32,000 nucleotides of DNA from Okeania sp. (GCF_035285525.1 NZ_JAYKGW010000128.1:1-32000), one strand, 5' to 3'; counted from the first letter of the stretch, positions 18,679 to 28,507 are shown. Numbers and translations are program-made. Notes: generated from the sequence alone by a model not told the origin.

Positions 18679-18728
18679 AAAATCTAGATTTGAGTATTAG
18701 AAAACCAAATCTAGATTTCATCTTTTGA
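18679..18728 (+). terminator. argH terminator hairpin
   Basis: AAATCTAGATTT is a self-complementary 12-mer that occurs twice (about 18680-18691 and 18707-18718). The two copies can pair, and CATCTTTT follows. Confidence 0.55.
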
Positions 18729-18954
18729 AAACTAAAATGTATTATGGTTAATCAGCACTTCCTGCGCAATGCTCTCGCATTCAGCTATTAGCAGTTAGAT
18801 CTTAACAATAAAAATGAATGAAACAATCATTTCATTCAATTTATAATACATTATTTTCAACCAAAGATTTAAAGTATAATAATGATCAGGTAGACTTGTT
18901 CACTATGTGATAAATATCAAAGTAGATAGCTAACTGCTGACTACTAAATCCTGA

Positions 18955-19137
18955 CTATTCTTCTACAGCACCAGCACCCTCTTCTGCACCCTGTTCATTA
19001 CCATTTTGGTTATTGCCAGATGCAAACTTAGATGAAAATCGCTTCGAGAAAAAACCCGCCTTTTTTTTACGAAACTTCCGTGCGTAAGCTTGATTACGTT
19101 GTGCCTTTTCTTTTTTTGGATTACGGCGTTTAGCCAT
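18955..19137 (-). CDS. Small basic protein, function unknown
   Basis: 60 aa, MAKRRNPKKEKAQRNQAYARKFRKKKAGFF... with an acidic tail. GAGAGG lies upstream of the ATG. It is the only ORF in its neighbourhood. Confidence 0.5.
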   Translation of the reverse strand: MAKRRNPKKEKAQRNQAYARKFRKKKAGFFSKRFSSKFASGNNQNGNEQGAEEGAGAVEE

Positions 19138-19692
19138 TACTACCTCTCTAATTTAGATCTTACTAAAGCTATAGGAAAATAGCTTCTCAAAGATTGATAC
19201 ACTTTTCGATTTATAAACCTTAGTTCCTTATAATCTAGACTAACAGTAGCATAAGAACTTATGTTTAATGGTACAATTTTCTTAAATTTTCATCAAAAGT
19301 CCCTAAATTAAGGGGAAGGATGTATGGGTAATACTTTGATGAACTATGCTATACTAGAAAATTTTTTCATCTCATCTCAGCACAATTTCTGGTTTATAGT
19401 ACCTGCCCTCAAAAGTCCTTTTTTCTCAGGTCTTATGGCAATTCCACAGTACACCAATACAGTCCTAGTCCCACATTTTTTTTAGACTTTCTCCGGGGGA
19501 CTACTACTTTACGAGTCAGAACATTATCTAACCATAGCACTTATTTTTTGGTTATGCAAGAGTTTCTTCAGTATTTTTATTAGGATACCAAATTGATAAT
19601 AGTTAGGCGGTGCTTATGAAAAGTCTTTTTGTTCAAATAGGAAGCATCTTGCTAGCTTAGATGTATCTAACCAAAATAGAATCTACTGTATC

Positions 19693-20022
19693 AGGACTTA
19701 AGCAAAGACGCTATATATAATATAGGTCATGGTAAATAAAGCGATCGCTCTATTTTTTTATAGCTATCGCCCAACGAACGTTAATTTTAAACAATCCATA
19801 AAAACTTAAATAACTGTCATTTTAATTGTCGGATATTTGAGTTCAGATGCTAGATATTCAGATAAGAATTGATGTTTCAGTTGATAAATAGTTTTTCCCC
19901 TATGAGTTGCTATTTTTTTAAAATCAGAACTTACACAAAGGCACTATTTATTTGTTTATTTGTAGAGTCAAAAAACTATTGCACAATAGTTTCGCTATAT
20001 ATAGCATCTCTGCGCAAGTCCT
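19693..20022. mobile_element. MITE-like element with 27-bp imperfect terminal inverted repeats
   Basis: The left arm is AGGACTTAAGCAAAGACGCTATATATA (19693-19719). The reverse complement of the right arm (19993-20022) is AGGACTTGCGCAGAGATGCTATATATAGCG, matching 23/27. There is no ORF inside and no obvious target-site duplication. Confidence 0.4.
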
Positions 20023-20750
20023 AACAGTTATATCAAGGGGGGGGATTAAGAATTAGGAGGTAATCAAGAGTTATAGAGAAGATAGCTTTTCAGAATAGTT
20101 TATTTATTTGTCTGCTATAGTTACCCCTAAATTCTAACTTTTTTAACCTTTTAGGCTTAAACAATTGCACTTTTTTTTGACCATAAAAACAGTAACTTTT
20201 TTATCTATCAATGCTTTGAAATTTAATCAGCAGAGTCATAGTTAATTCCCGCCAAAAAACTATAAAATTATGTACTATGCCAATCTGAATATGTGAAGAT
20301 TCAGCCGTCAGCTATCAGTTATCAGCTTTTAGAGAATAAATTTAATAAATAAAATCAAATCTAGTAGTATTGGTACAATCCAATATTGTAAAAGTTTCGT
20401 TTCCAGACCTCAGCAAGACAGGAGTTTTTGCCCATATTAACTTTATCCTCTCAAGATGGATTTGATATTAATAGCTAATAGCTGAATGCTTACCGAATAA
20501 TTAATAATTATTCATTCAACAATTCACACCTGGAAGCCTCCCCAAGGATTGGGGATAAATCAAAAATTTTCATGATTAGTCAATCCCCTTCTTTAAAGAA
20601 GGAGTAATTATTAATTATTAATTGTTCATTATTAATTGCTGAACTGAATACTACCCTACTTAATTCATAACCACTACCAAAATAGAACCCCTATAAAGCT
20701 AAATACTTACTAATAAATAATCATTAAAAATAAGCAAAAAACTTTAAATA

Positions 20751-21926
20751 ATGCCAACTAATCCATATAACTGGATAGATAAAGCTCTATCAACAATAAA
20801 CAAAGCTAACTGGTATCGTTCAGTCAAAACAATCGAAACTCTTCCCGGAGCAATAATAAAAATAGAAGGAAAACAACTCATCAATTTTGCCAGTAACGAT
20901 TATTTAGGATTAGCAGGAGATGAACGTTTAATAGCAGCATCCATCCAAGCAACCAAAGAATTTGGTACTGGAAGTACAGGTTCCCGTTTATTAACAGGAC
21001 ATCGAGAAATACATCAAAAATTAGAACAAGAAATATCCAAATTAAAACAAACAGAAGCAGCATTAGTCTTTAGTTCAGGATACTTAGCAAATATCGGTGT
21101 CATATCTTCAATAGTTAGTCAACGAGACTTAATATTATCAGACAAAAATAATCATTCTAGCCTCAAAAACGGAGCAATTCTGAGTGGTGCAAAAATTATC
21201 GAATATAATCATAACAATCTTCAAGATTTGCAAAAAAAACTAGAACAAGAACGAGAAAATTATCGTCGTACTTTAATCATTACAGACAGTGTTTTTAGTA
21301 TGGATGGTGACTTATGTAAATTACCATTATTATTAGAATTAGCAGAAAAATATAACAGTATGCTTCTAGTAGATGAAGCTCATGCAACAGGAATATTTGG
21401 AAATAACGGAGGAGGTTGTGTTGAACATTTTAAATGCACAGGAAAAGAACTAATTCAAATAGGTACATTAAGCAAAGCATTAGGAAGTTTAGGAGGTTAC
21501 GTTGCTGGCTCAAAAAAATTAATAGAATTTCTCCAAAATAGAGCGCCAAGTTGGATATATACCACAGGTTTAACACCAGGAGATACTGCTGCTGCATTAA
21601 CAGCCATAAAAATTATTAAACAAGAGCCAGAACGTCGTAGCAAATTATGGCAAAATGTAGAAACTCTCAAAAATTTATTAGAAACAGAAAATCAACCTTT
21701 TTACACAGAGAAAAAAATCTCAAATTATGAATCACCAATAATTTGTTTCCCTCTCAAAAATGCAGCTCAAGCATTAACAATAGGAGAAAAATTGAAAGAA
21801 AAAGGAATATTGGCTCCAGCCATTCGCCCACCCACTGTTAATACCAGTCGCATCCGTATTTCCCTAATGGCTACCCATCAAAAAAATCATCTTCAGAAAT
21901 TAGTAAAAGCATTAATTAATTTCTAA
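20751..21926 (+). CDS. bioF: 8-amino-7-oxononanoate synthase
   Basis: 391 aa. NDYLGL, DEAHATG, and the PLP-lysine motif [14 protein letters not shown]. Confidence 0.9.
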   Translation: MPTNPYNWIDKALSTINKANWYRSVKTIETLPGAIIKIEGKQLINFASNDYLGLAGDERLIAASIQATKEFGTGSTGSRLLTGHREIHQKLEQEISKLKQTEAALVFSSGYLANIGVISSIVSQRDLILSDKNNHSSLKNGAILSGAKIIEYNHNNLQDLQKKLEQERENYRRTLIITDSVFSMDGDLCKLPLLLELAEKYNSMLLVDEAHATGIFGNNGGGCVEHFKCTGKELIQIGTLSKALGSLGGYVAGSKKLIEFLQNRAPSWIYTTGLTPGDTAAALTAIKIIKQEPERRSKLWQNVETLKNLLETENQPFYTEKKISNYESPIICFPLKNAAQALTIGEKLKEKGILAPAIRPPTVNTSRIRISLMATHQKNHLQKLVKALINF

Positions 21927-22058
21927 CCATTTAGCTATTAGCATTCAGCATTCAGCAAGAATATCCAAATATTAAGAAGGAGCTTTCAATGAATATAACT
22001 TATAAAGAAAGCTTTCATAGTAAGACGTAATTTACCTCAATATCAAAACCATAAAATA

Positions 22059-22370
22059 AATAAGACTTCCTGATTAAATCTAAAAGAATTAACAGATAAA
22101 TATTTAAGAATTAATTAGGGCTTACCGAATAAATATAAAAAGATTGATAGATCAAGGTTTTAGCCTTTTTATGTCTGGAAAAAGTACCTGTTTTTTGGCT
22201 CTTCATAGTCAACAAGTAGTGTATTTTGGGCAAGCAAGATAGGGCAAGAAAATCAAGAGACGATTCCATACGACTACCTCCTTTAATAATGCTCCTGAAT
22301 TCTGAATTCTGAATTCTGGATTCTGACTCCTATCCTTAACCACTCATACTTTTTCAGTAAACCCTAATTA
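22059..22370 (-). repeat. Dispersed repeat family A, full-length copy with internal (GAATTCT)n
   Basis: The minus-strand 5' end is TAATTAGGGTTTACTGAAAAAGTATGAGTGG (22340-22370). The 3' end is ATTTAATCAGGAAGTCTTATT (22059-22080). Confidence 0.7.
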
Positions 22371-22508
22371 TTTGTTTCAAAAAAAGTACAAGCTTTTAAG
22401 TAGCTAAGATTAAAAAAGTTAGCCTAAAATACTAACTATAGTTTACATAATAAAGTCTTTTAGTAAAACACAGAATCAATATTAATTTCAGGAAAAATCA
22501 AGAGACTA

Positions 22509-22803
22509 AATAAGACTTACTGATTAAATATGAAACTATTGACATATTAATCGTTTTAGCAACTTATTTATCAGGAAAAAGTACCAGCTTTTCTATCAAA
22601 AAGGTTAAAAAAGTTAGCACACAAAGCTCACACAAGAGTAAAAAAATTAACAGACAATTCTTCTGTAGGGACGTTGCATGCAACGTCCCTACTCCTCTAT
22701 AACTCCCATTCCTCCTAACTCTGTACAAACCTTGCAGAAAGGCTTCCCTACGACTCCCTACTCCCTCCTTAACCATCAGACTTTCCACAGACAAACCCTA
22801 AAT
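22509..22803 (-). repeat. Dispersed repeat family A, second tandem copy
   Basis: The reverse complement reads TTTAGGGTTTGTCTGTGGAAAGTCTGATGGTTAAGGAGGGAGTAGGGAG...GAATTGTCTGTTAATTTTT...GCTAACTTTTTTAACCTTTTTGATAGAAAAGCTGGTACTTTTTC...ATTTAATCAGTAAGTCTTATT. Confidence 0.7.
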
Positions 22804-23258
22804 ATGTCATAACAACTCAAAGACTAGAAATAAACTTCAAAACTATTACTGAATAACTAATAATTCAATAATTCAGATTTATTAGCCTCCCTTTTTAATG
22901 TAAAAAAGCAGTCGAGAGATACCAAGGTTTTCTCAGCATATCTAATTATCAATTCTCTTCCTTTTAAAGAAAAGTAATTATCAAGCAAGCATTCAGCTAT
23001 TACCTGTGATATGTCAGCAACAAAAACCTCAAGTTTAAGCAAGATATTTAAAGGAATAAAGAAAGTCAAAACTGGCTTTTATAGTCAAATAAAATTTATG
23101 ATTTTTCGGGAACCGTATAATAACCCTTCTATCAAAAACTAGAAGCACTCTTCTGATAGCTGTTTTGCTGCGCGACATGAAAAGCGTATCTCCCCTCTTT
23201 GCGAAGCATTCCCAAAGAAAAAAGCTAGCTGGTGGCTGAATACTTACATTATCTATTA

Positions 23259-24152
23259 TTAATTATCTATAGACTCATCTTCTACCCCTCTTCCCTCTTC
23301 CCTCTTCCCTCTTCCCTCTTCTTTCTTCCTTTTCCCCTCTTCCTGCTGCAAAAAATCTAGAATCTTTTGTACTACCATATCCGGCATTTGTTCAGGTAAA
23401 TTATCCTCACCAGAATCAACTAAATCAAGTTTAGCCATTGGTAATAAATCAGCATAACACTTACTCATAGCCAGAGAAATTTCTTGATCTTTATCACCCT
23501 GTAAAATCAATGTTGATAATCTTAAATCATTCAAACTTTCTCCTAACAACTCAACTTTAATCCCTAACCACCTCCGCCAAAATAAAACTTTATTTCCTCC
23601 CATACAAAGCAATAATTTTTCTCTGACTTGTAGCAGCCTTTTTGCTTTCCTTTTAAGCCTTAATAAACGATAAAAACGATATATTAATCCTAAAATAAAA
23701 CGCAACAAAAAAAGCCTGAGAGACAACCAACCAAAAAATTGCCAACGTGCCTTCACTTCAGGAATATCAACTCCTTCAGGAGATACTAAAATTAAACCCA
23801 ATAACTTATCAGAATATCTAAGAGCATAACTGACAGCTATCCAAGCTCCCAGAGACTCACCAACTAAATATATCCTCTCTAACTTTAAAGCAGCTATATA
23901 TTCAGCCAAAGACTCTACCATTTCACTAATTGAATTATACTTAGAGGAAAACTTTGACTTATTAAATCCAGGCAAATCTGGTGCAAAACAATGATAGTTT
24001 AGACTCAATTCCTCCATAATCAATAACCATTGACTACTATCAAAAGAAGTTCCATGTAGAAAAACTATACAACTTGAACCAGTACCAATTTCACGCCAAA
24101 ATAATAGCCCATCAGATAACTTGACACGAGAATTAAGCCATAAAAAATTCAT
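23259..24152 (-). CDS. Alpha/beta-fold hydrolase whose C-terminal tail is encoded by a heptamer array
   Basis: 297 aa. HG oxyanion motif (VFLHGTS) and nucleophile elbow GESLGAW. The last roughly 30 aa (QQEEGKRKKEEGRGKREEGRGVEDESIDN) are a translation of (GAAGAGG)n at about 23285-23330. Confidence 0.8.
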   Translation of the reverse strand: MNFLWLNSRVKLSDGLLFWREIGTGSSCIVFLHGTSFDSSQWLLIMEELSLNYHCFAPDLPGFNKSKFSSKYNSISEMVESLAEYIAALKLERIYLVGESLGAWIAVSYALRYSDKLLGLILVSPEGVDIPEVKARWQFFGWLSLRLFLLRFILGLIYRFYRLLRLKRKAKRLLQVREKLLLCMGGNKVLFWRRWLGIKVELLGESLNDLRLSTLILQGDKDQEISLAMSKCYADLLPMAKLDLVDSGEDNLPEQMPDMVVQKILDFLQQEEGKRKKEEGRGKREEGRGVEDESIDN

Positions 24153-24380
24153 ATATATTCAATTTTATTATCAGCTAAAAGAATAGAATTAATGTAAACA
24201 TTCAGCATTCATCCTTCAGCTATCAGCTTCCAAACAAAATCTACATTACCGCCACACAATTAATTGTATAGATTAACAACTCAAACTGTCGTTTTTGTAC
24301 TTCAATTCTCTAGTTAAAAATGTGCTATAAGTTAAAAAGCTGTTTGCGCAGCATTCCAGAAGAATAGCTGAATACTTACA

Positions 24381-24630
24381 AATTAATTAGGGCTTACTGA
24401 ATAAATATAAAAGCATTGATACAGAAAGTTTTCAGTCTTTTTAGTATCTGATTTATCGGGAACCCTAAAAGTACAAATTTTTAGGCTACTCAGGGTCAGG
24501 TATATGAGCATTTTAGGTTAACTAAGACAGAAAAATTAAGGAACTATTTTTCAATTATTTCCTCTGTTCCCTACCCCCCCCCATTCCCTACCTCCACCAT
24601 CAGACTTTTTCAGCAACCCCTAATCCCTAA
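24381..24630 (-). repeat. Dispersed repeat family A, truncated copy
   Basis: The reverse complement starts TTAGGGATTAGGGGTTGCTGAAAAAGTCTGATGGTGGAGGTAGGGAATGGGG and contains CCTTAATTTTTCTGTC. Confidence 0.65.
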
Positions 24631-24647
24631 TTTAGATAGAGAAATAT

Positions 24648-25100
24648 TTAAGCTAAAACGGTTAAACCACTCAAATAATCCTCTAATTGTTGGCCATAAT
24701 CATAACTAAGATCCTGCGGTAAAGATGTCGGTTCAAAAGCTTGAACATGACTAATTTCTAAGGTGTCTTGAACATCCATATTTCCCCGAACCTCAGCTTC
24801 CACTAGAATATTAATAGAATGTACTCTTGGGTCTCGATCTGGTGCAGAATATACTCCCACCAATCGACGAATTTTTACTAATTCTAACCCTGTTTCTTCA
24901 AATAACTCCCTTTTTACAGTGGTCGAAATATCTTCGCCCCATTCAACCATACCTCCAGGTAGAGCATATTTATTGTTGTCCCGACGACGAACTAAAACTA
25001 TCCGGCCATCGGGTAATATAGGGACTACACTGGCACCTGTCAGGGGATGACGGAATATTAAGCCGAGTACAGTTTGTCCAAATTGCCATAATCTACGCAT
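24648..25100 (-). CDS. Nudix hydrolase
   Basis: 150 aa with a complete Nudix box: GGMVEWGEDISTTVKRELFEETGL. Confidence 0.9.
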   Translation of the reverse strand: MRRLWQFGQTVLGLIFRHPLTGASVVPILPDGRIVLVRRRDNNKYALPGGMVEWGEDISTTVKRELFEETGLELVKIRRLVGVYSAPDRDPRVHSINILVEAEVRGNMDVQDTLEISHVQAFEPTSLPQDLSYDYGQQLEDYLSGLTVLA

Positions 25101-25313
25101 AGGCTTAGGTATTTAAGCTAAAGCACTTTCACTGATTATTTTGACATTTATAGTCAGCAAAAAAGACTTTATCAAATAATTGGGGATTTCATCTTTTCTT
25201 AAGTAGAACTACTAAGATAACCAAGCTACAGGCGATCGCCTTCCACAATTTTTCCTTAATTTTCCCTTTTCATCCTCTGAAGCACCCCAAAAATTTTTCC
25301 CAGAATTTAGGTA

Positions 25314-25342
25314 TTGCATTCCATCTAAATTTCTGATATAAT
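25314..25342 (+). promoter_or_regulatory. Predicted sigma70-type promoter, unit A (TTGCAT-17-TATAAT)
   Basis: TTGCAT at 25314-25319, a 17-nt spacer, and TATAAT at 25337-25342. ATGACTTTTTATTCAA begins 30 nt after the -10, at 25373. Confidence 0.45.
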
Positions 25343-25570
25343 ATATTTAACTGTCCTCACTCGTCTACATATATGACTTTTTATTCAAGTAAATAAATTT
25401 AGTTAGTAAGTGTAAGACTTTCCCTGAAGTTAATAAATTGCCACCTCCTCAAATTCACAGACTGCCGACTGCTATAACTCCAGTCAAAGCGATCGCCTTC
25501 CACAATTTTTCCTTAATTTCCCCCTTTCATCCCCTGAAGCACCCCAAAAATTTTTCCTAGAATTTAGGTA

Positions 25571-25599
25571 TTGCATTCCATCTAAATTTCTGATATAGT
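25571..25599 (+). promoter_or_regulatory. Predicted promoter, unit B (TTGCAT-17-TATAGT)
   Basis: TTGCAT at 25571-25576 and TATAGT at 25594-25599. The conserved box starts at 25630, which is 30 nt after the -10. Confidence 0.45.
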
Positions 25600-25879
25600 A
25601 TATTTAACTGGGGTTGTTCGTCTACAAGCATGACTTTTTATTCAAGTAAAGAAATTAATTTAGTTAAGCGTAAGACATTCCCTAAAGTTAATAAATTGCC
25701 AGCAGAAATCAACTCGACCTCCTCAAATTCAGAGACTACTGGCCAGATATGTGATGGGTCTGCACTCTTTGCTTCAACTACTATAACTCCAGTCAAAGCG
25801 ATCGCCTTCCACAATTTTTCCTTAATTTCCCCCTTTCATCCTCTGAAGCACCCCAAAAATTTTTCCCGGAATTTAGGTA

Positions 25880-25908
25880 TTGCATTCCATCTAAATTTCT
25901 GATATAGT
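25880..25908 (+). promoter_or_regulatory. Predicted promoter, unit C (TTGCAT-17-TATAGT)
   Basis: TTGCAT at 25880-25885 and TATAGT at 25903-25908. The conserved box starts at 25939, which is 30 nt after the -10. It points at the 3' end of the convergent RHH gene. Confidence 0.45.
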
Positions 25909-26117
25909 ATATTTAACTAGGACTATTCGTATATACACATGACTTTTTATTCAACAAAAGAAAATAAAGTAGGGGCGACAAAATCCACATCAAATTCATA
26001 ACTCTGAGAAACTTAACTTTAATTCCGGTGATGGACTAATAGACAAATAAATTTGGGCGTCGTCATCTTTCATACTTTTTCATAGTCCATTGCCCATCAC
26101 CAAATACTTAATCCTAG

Positions 26118-26453
26118 TTAACTTTCTAAACTATCCATACAAAGGGGGACCATATCACCATTAATCGTAAGTCCTAATAACATCTCCTCACTTGGCCGTA
26201 TCACCTTGCCAGTGAGAACACACCGTTCCTCCTGTTGAGCAGTAGCAGGTAAACTGGCCCGAATATCCGAATTAGATAACTGTGGCCTATAATCCCCAGA
26301 CTTTTGCTGGACATAAGTCCAGAGGATATCCCGAATCAAAGCTTGATAGCCCTTATTATTGGCCAGTTTTTTCAATCTATCCTTTAACTCTCTTTCTAGA
26401 CGAATGCTAGTAACTTCCATTTCAGTAGTTGAGGTTTTGGGAATTGTGTACAT
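26118..26453 (-). CDS. Ribbon-helix-helix (CopG-like) DNA-binding protein
   Basis: 111 aa. The N-terminal RHH pattern is VTSIRLERELKDRLKKLANNKGYQALIRDILWTYV. A strong SD (AAGGAG) lies 9 nt before the ATG. Confidence 0.7.
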   Translation of the reverse strand: MYTIPKTSTTEMEVTSIRLERELKDRLKKLANNKGYQALIRDILWTYVQQKSGDYRPQLSNSDIRASLPATAQQEERCVLTGKVIRPSEEMLLGLTINGDMVPLCMDSLES

Positions 26454-26980
26454 GATTTTTTTCTCCTTGAAAATTTAGCTAGACATATCTGTAATATTAG
26501 TGTAGTATAAAAAAGATTAGATGTGAAACCCAATTTTTAAAGAACCTTCGTGTGAAACTTTCATTTGTCCAAACCATCGATCGGTCAAAAAGCAACCCAT
26601 TCAAGGGTTGTCGTACTGCTTCGTGGCTAATTTTGGCAAAAATTATATTTGATGAAAGAAATTTTGCCATTGATTATGGAGGCTTGAGACTAATTACCAA
26701 AATTCATAACATTTTTCCAATTGAAAGGCAAAATATCAGGTCAAATCAAATAGGAAGAAGAAGGGGCAGGTACAGACCAAAAATATCTGTACATAAGTCA
26801 AACTAAAAGGTATAAATATCTTTTTTGTAGCCCCCGCTTCCGAATAACCCGAAGTAGGGGTTGTTGATTTTAAATAAGATAAAGAAGTAAAGAAATAAAA
26901 GTAAATTTTGTAATTTGGACAACTAATTGAGAAACCAGTCGCTATAAAAATCTAAAATCTTAAAATTAGGAGGTAAAGCA

Positions 26981-27496
26981 GTGACCAGTATGACTCAAGT
27001 ATTAAACCAATCTGTAGTAGTATTTTCTCAGAATTACCTACCCATGACTCGCGTGAATATTAAGCGAGCGATCGCTCTATTGGTGACTGGAAAAGCTGAA
27101 CCCCTAAATTTTGAGCAAGGAAGTGGCTGGCCTCTGCGTTCCCCTAGTTTAGTTTTATATGTACCCGAGCAGATTCGCTTAACAATGGCATCCCAAGAAC
27201 GGGTGTGGAAAGTTCCCCCAGTGAACCGAAGGGAAGTATTAAAGCGAGATCATCATCGTTGTCAATATTGTGGAACTACTAAATATTTAACCTTAGATCA
27301 TGTCATTCCTCGCTCAAAAGGTGGTAAGCATAGTTGGGATAATGTAGTTACAGCTTGCGAACAGTGCAATGCTTTTAAGGGTAGTCGTACTCCCACCGAA
27401 GCAGGGATGAAGTTATTACATCAACCGAAAACACCAATACATCCGACTATTGCATTTGCTGAACAGTTCTGGCGCGAACGGCAACACGAGGTTTAG
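26981..27496 (+). CDS. HNH endonuclease family protein (small conserved type)
   Basis: 171 aa. HHRCQYCG...LTLDHVIPRSKGGKHSWDNVVTACEQCNAFKG. GTG start with GGAGG 7 nt upstream. Confidence 0.9.
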   Translation: MTSMTQVLNQSVVVFSQNYLPMTRVNIKRAIALLVTGKAEPLNFEQGSGWPLRSPSLVLYVPEQIRLTMASQERVWKVPPVNRREVLKRDHHRCQYCGTTKYLTLDHVIPRSKGGKHSWDNVVTACEQCNAFKGSRTPTEAGMKLLHQPKTPIHPTIAFAEQFWRERQHEV

Positions 27497-27595
27497 AAAT
27501 TTCTATTTTTTTTCCAGGAGAAAACCGGAAAAGTTGCTGATAAGTTTCGTTAGTTCTAGTGAAGTAACTAGAGCTAAATTTTGATGCTGCCTTTT

Positions 27596-27622
27596 CAGTT
27601 ATCAGTTATCAGTTATCAGTTG
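27596..27622. repeat. Heptamer array (CAGTTAT)x3.5
   Basis: Direct reading: TCAGTTATCAGTTATCAGTTATCAGTTG. Confidence 0.9.
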
Positions 27623-28080
27623 CTTGAAGTCAGAGACTTGAAATACTAAAGTTTATTTTTTCATCCGGTAGCTTGAGAGCTGATTTTTTGGTCATTGAAA
27701 GAAGAGAATAGCAAGGAAGTTATCCTACAGATGCCAGATGTTGTGAAAAAAACGAATTTTAATAACTGCACAGAGTTTTGAGTTTTGAGTTATTGATTAA
27801 TTACTCAATAACATCCGAAGCTCTTCAAATTAAAAAAGCAGGCAGCAGTCAGCACTTAGCCATCAGCACAAACAAGTTTTTTAGGTAAATAAAGGGGTTA
27901 ACAATCAGCAGTAAGGAGTCAAGGTAATTGAAATTCCTCCTCAACCATCAGGTTTATAGAAATTAGGGATTTAAACCCAAACCTGCTAAAAGCTAACAGC
28001 TAGTTAACCTAGAGCTACTAAAAGCCGAACGCTGAATGCTAACAGCTAACAGCTAGTTAAAAAAGGAGAGACCACCGGGA

Positions 28081-28473
28081 ATGCTAAAATTAACTTATAC
28101 TGAATCTGACTTTTATATGGAGCGTTTAGCTCAATCTCCCGAACAGTTGGTAGCACTACGGGTAATATTGGCTATGCGAGTTGGTCAAAAAATTGTAGTT
28201 CAACCAAGTTCTGCCGCATTTTTACTACCTATAAATTTACCTGAGTTGTCAATGTTAGAGGTAGCTGTCAGAGATGAGGGTGGGGAAAATATTGCCCTTT
28301 GTGTTGCTGATGATGAGTTTGCAGAAGTTAGTTTAGGAGGAAATTGGATTACACTTGAGCCAGAACAACAGAATGGAATTTTTATCGCTGCTTTAAGCGA
28401 TCGCATTGAATTATTACTTTTTAACTTGTGGCAAGCAACTGAGGAAAATGCGTCAGTAATTTTAGATGGATAA
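28081..28473 (+). CDS. Hypothetical protein
   Basis: 130 aa with AAGGAG upstream and a non-repetitive sequence. I recognise no family. The antisense ORF 28200..28478 is treated as a shadow. Confidence 0.6.
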   Translation: MLKLTYTESDFYMERLAQSPEQLVALRVILAMRVGQKIVVQPSSAAFLLPINLPELSMLEVAVRDEGGENIALCVADDEFAEVSLGGNWITLEPEQQNGIFIAALSDRIELLLFNLWQATEENASVILDG

Positions 28474-28507
28474 TTCATAATTCATAATTCATAATGAAAA
28501 CTATCTC

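Larger units (their letters stand above)
25232..25960 (+). repeat. Tandem array of three promoter-bearing units (257 and 309 bp periods)
   Basis: Units start at the HIP1 sites 25232, 25489 and 25798. About 120 bp of each unit is near-identical, and the remainder is variable or carries indels. Confidence 0.9.

Noticed and set aside
19138-20750. Hidden RNase P RNA, tmRNA, SRP RNA or riboswitch in the largest spacer
   Set aside because: I searched by eye for the core motifs I remember (GAAAGTCCGGGC, a tRNA-like GGTTCGA-TCC arm, GTCCGGAAGG, CTGAGA...ACCTGA) and found none. This is a negative by eye, not proof.
25630-25902. 90-aa ORF inside the tandem array
   Set aside because: It reads through the next unit's promoter. 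The equivalent ATG in the other units opens frames of only 7 and 20 codons (30 codons at 4911), so the frame is not conserved.
25232-25960. Possible CRISPR array
   Set aside because: The units are 257-309 bp and consist mostly of conserved sequence with a short variable part. There is no 25-40 bp repeat alternating with unique spacers of similar size, and no cas genes are in the window.
26826-26860. Glutamine (glnA-type) riboswitch, because of a GAAGTAGG match
   Set aside because: Only the 8-mer matches. The flanking CGTTC...GGAACG pairing elements as I remember them are absent, and the downstream gene (HNH) is not a known regulon member.
26454-26980. HEARO/omega-RNA type guide RNA upstream of an HNH gene
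   Set aside because: The HNH protein is only 171 aa with no RuvC-like domain, so it is not IscB-like. It matches the small conserved HNH family.
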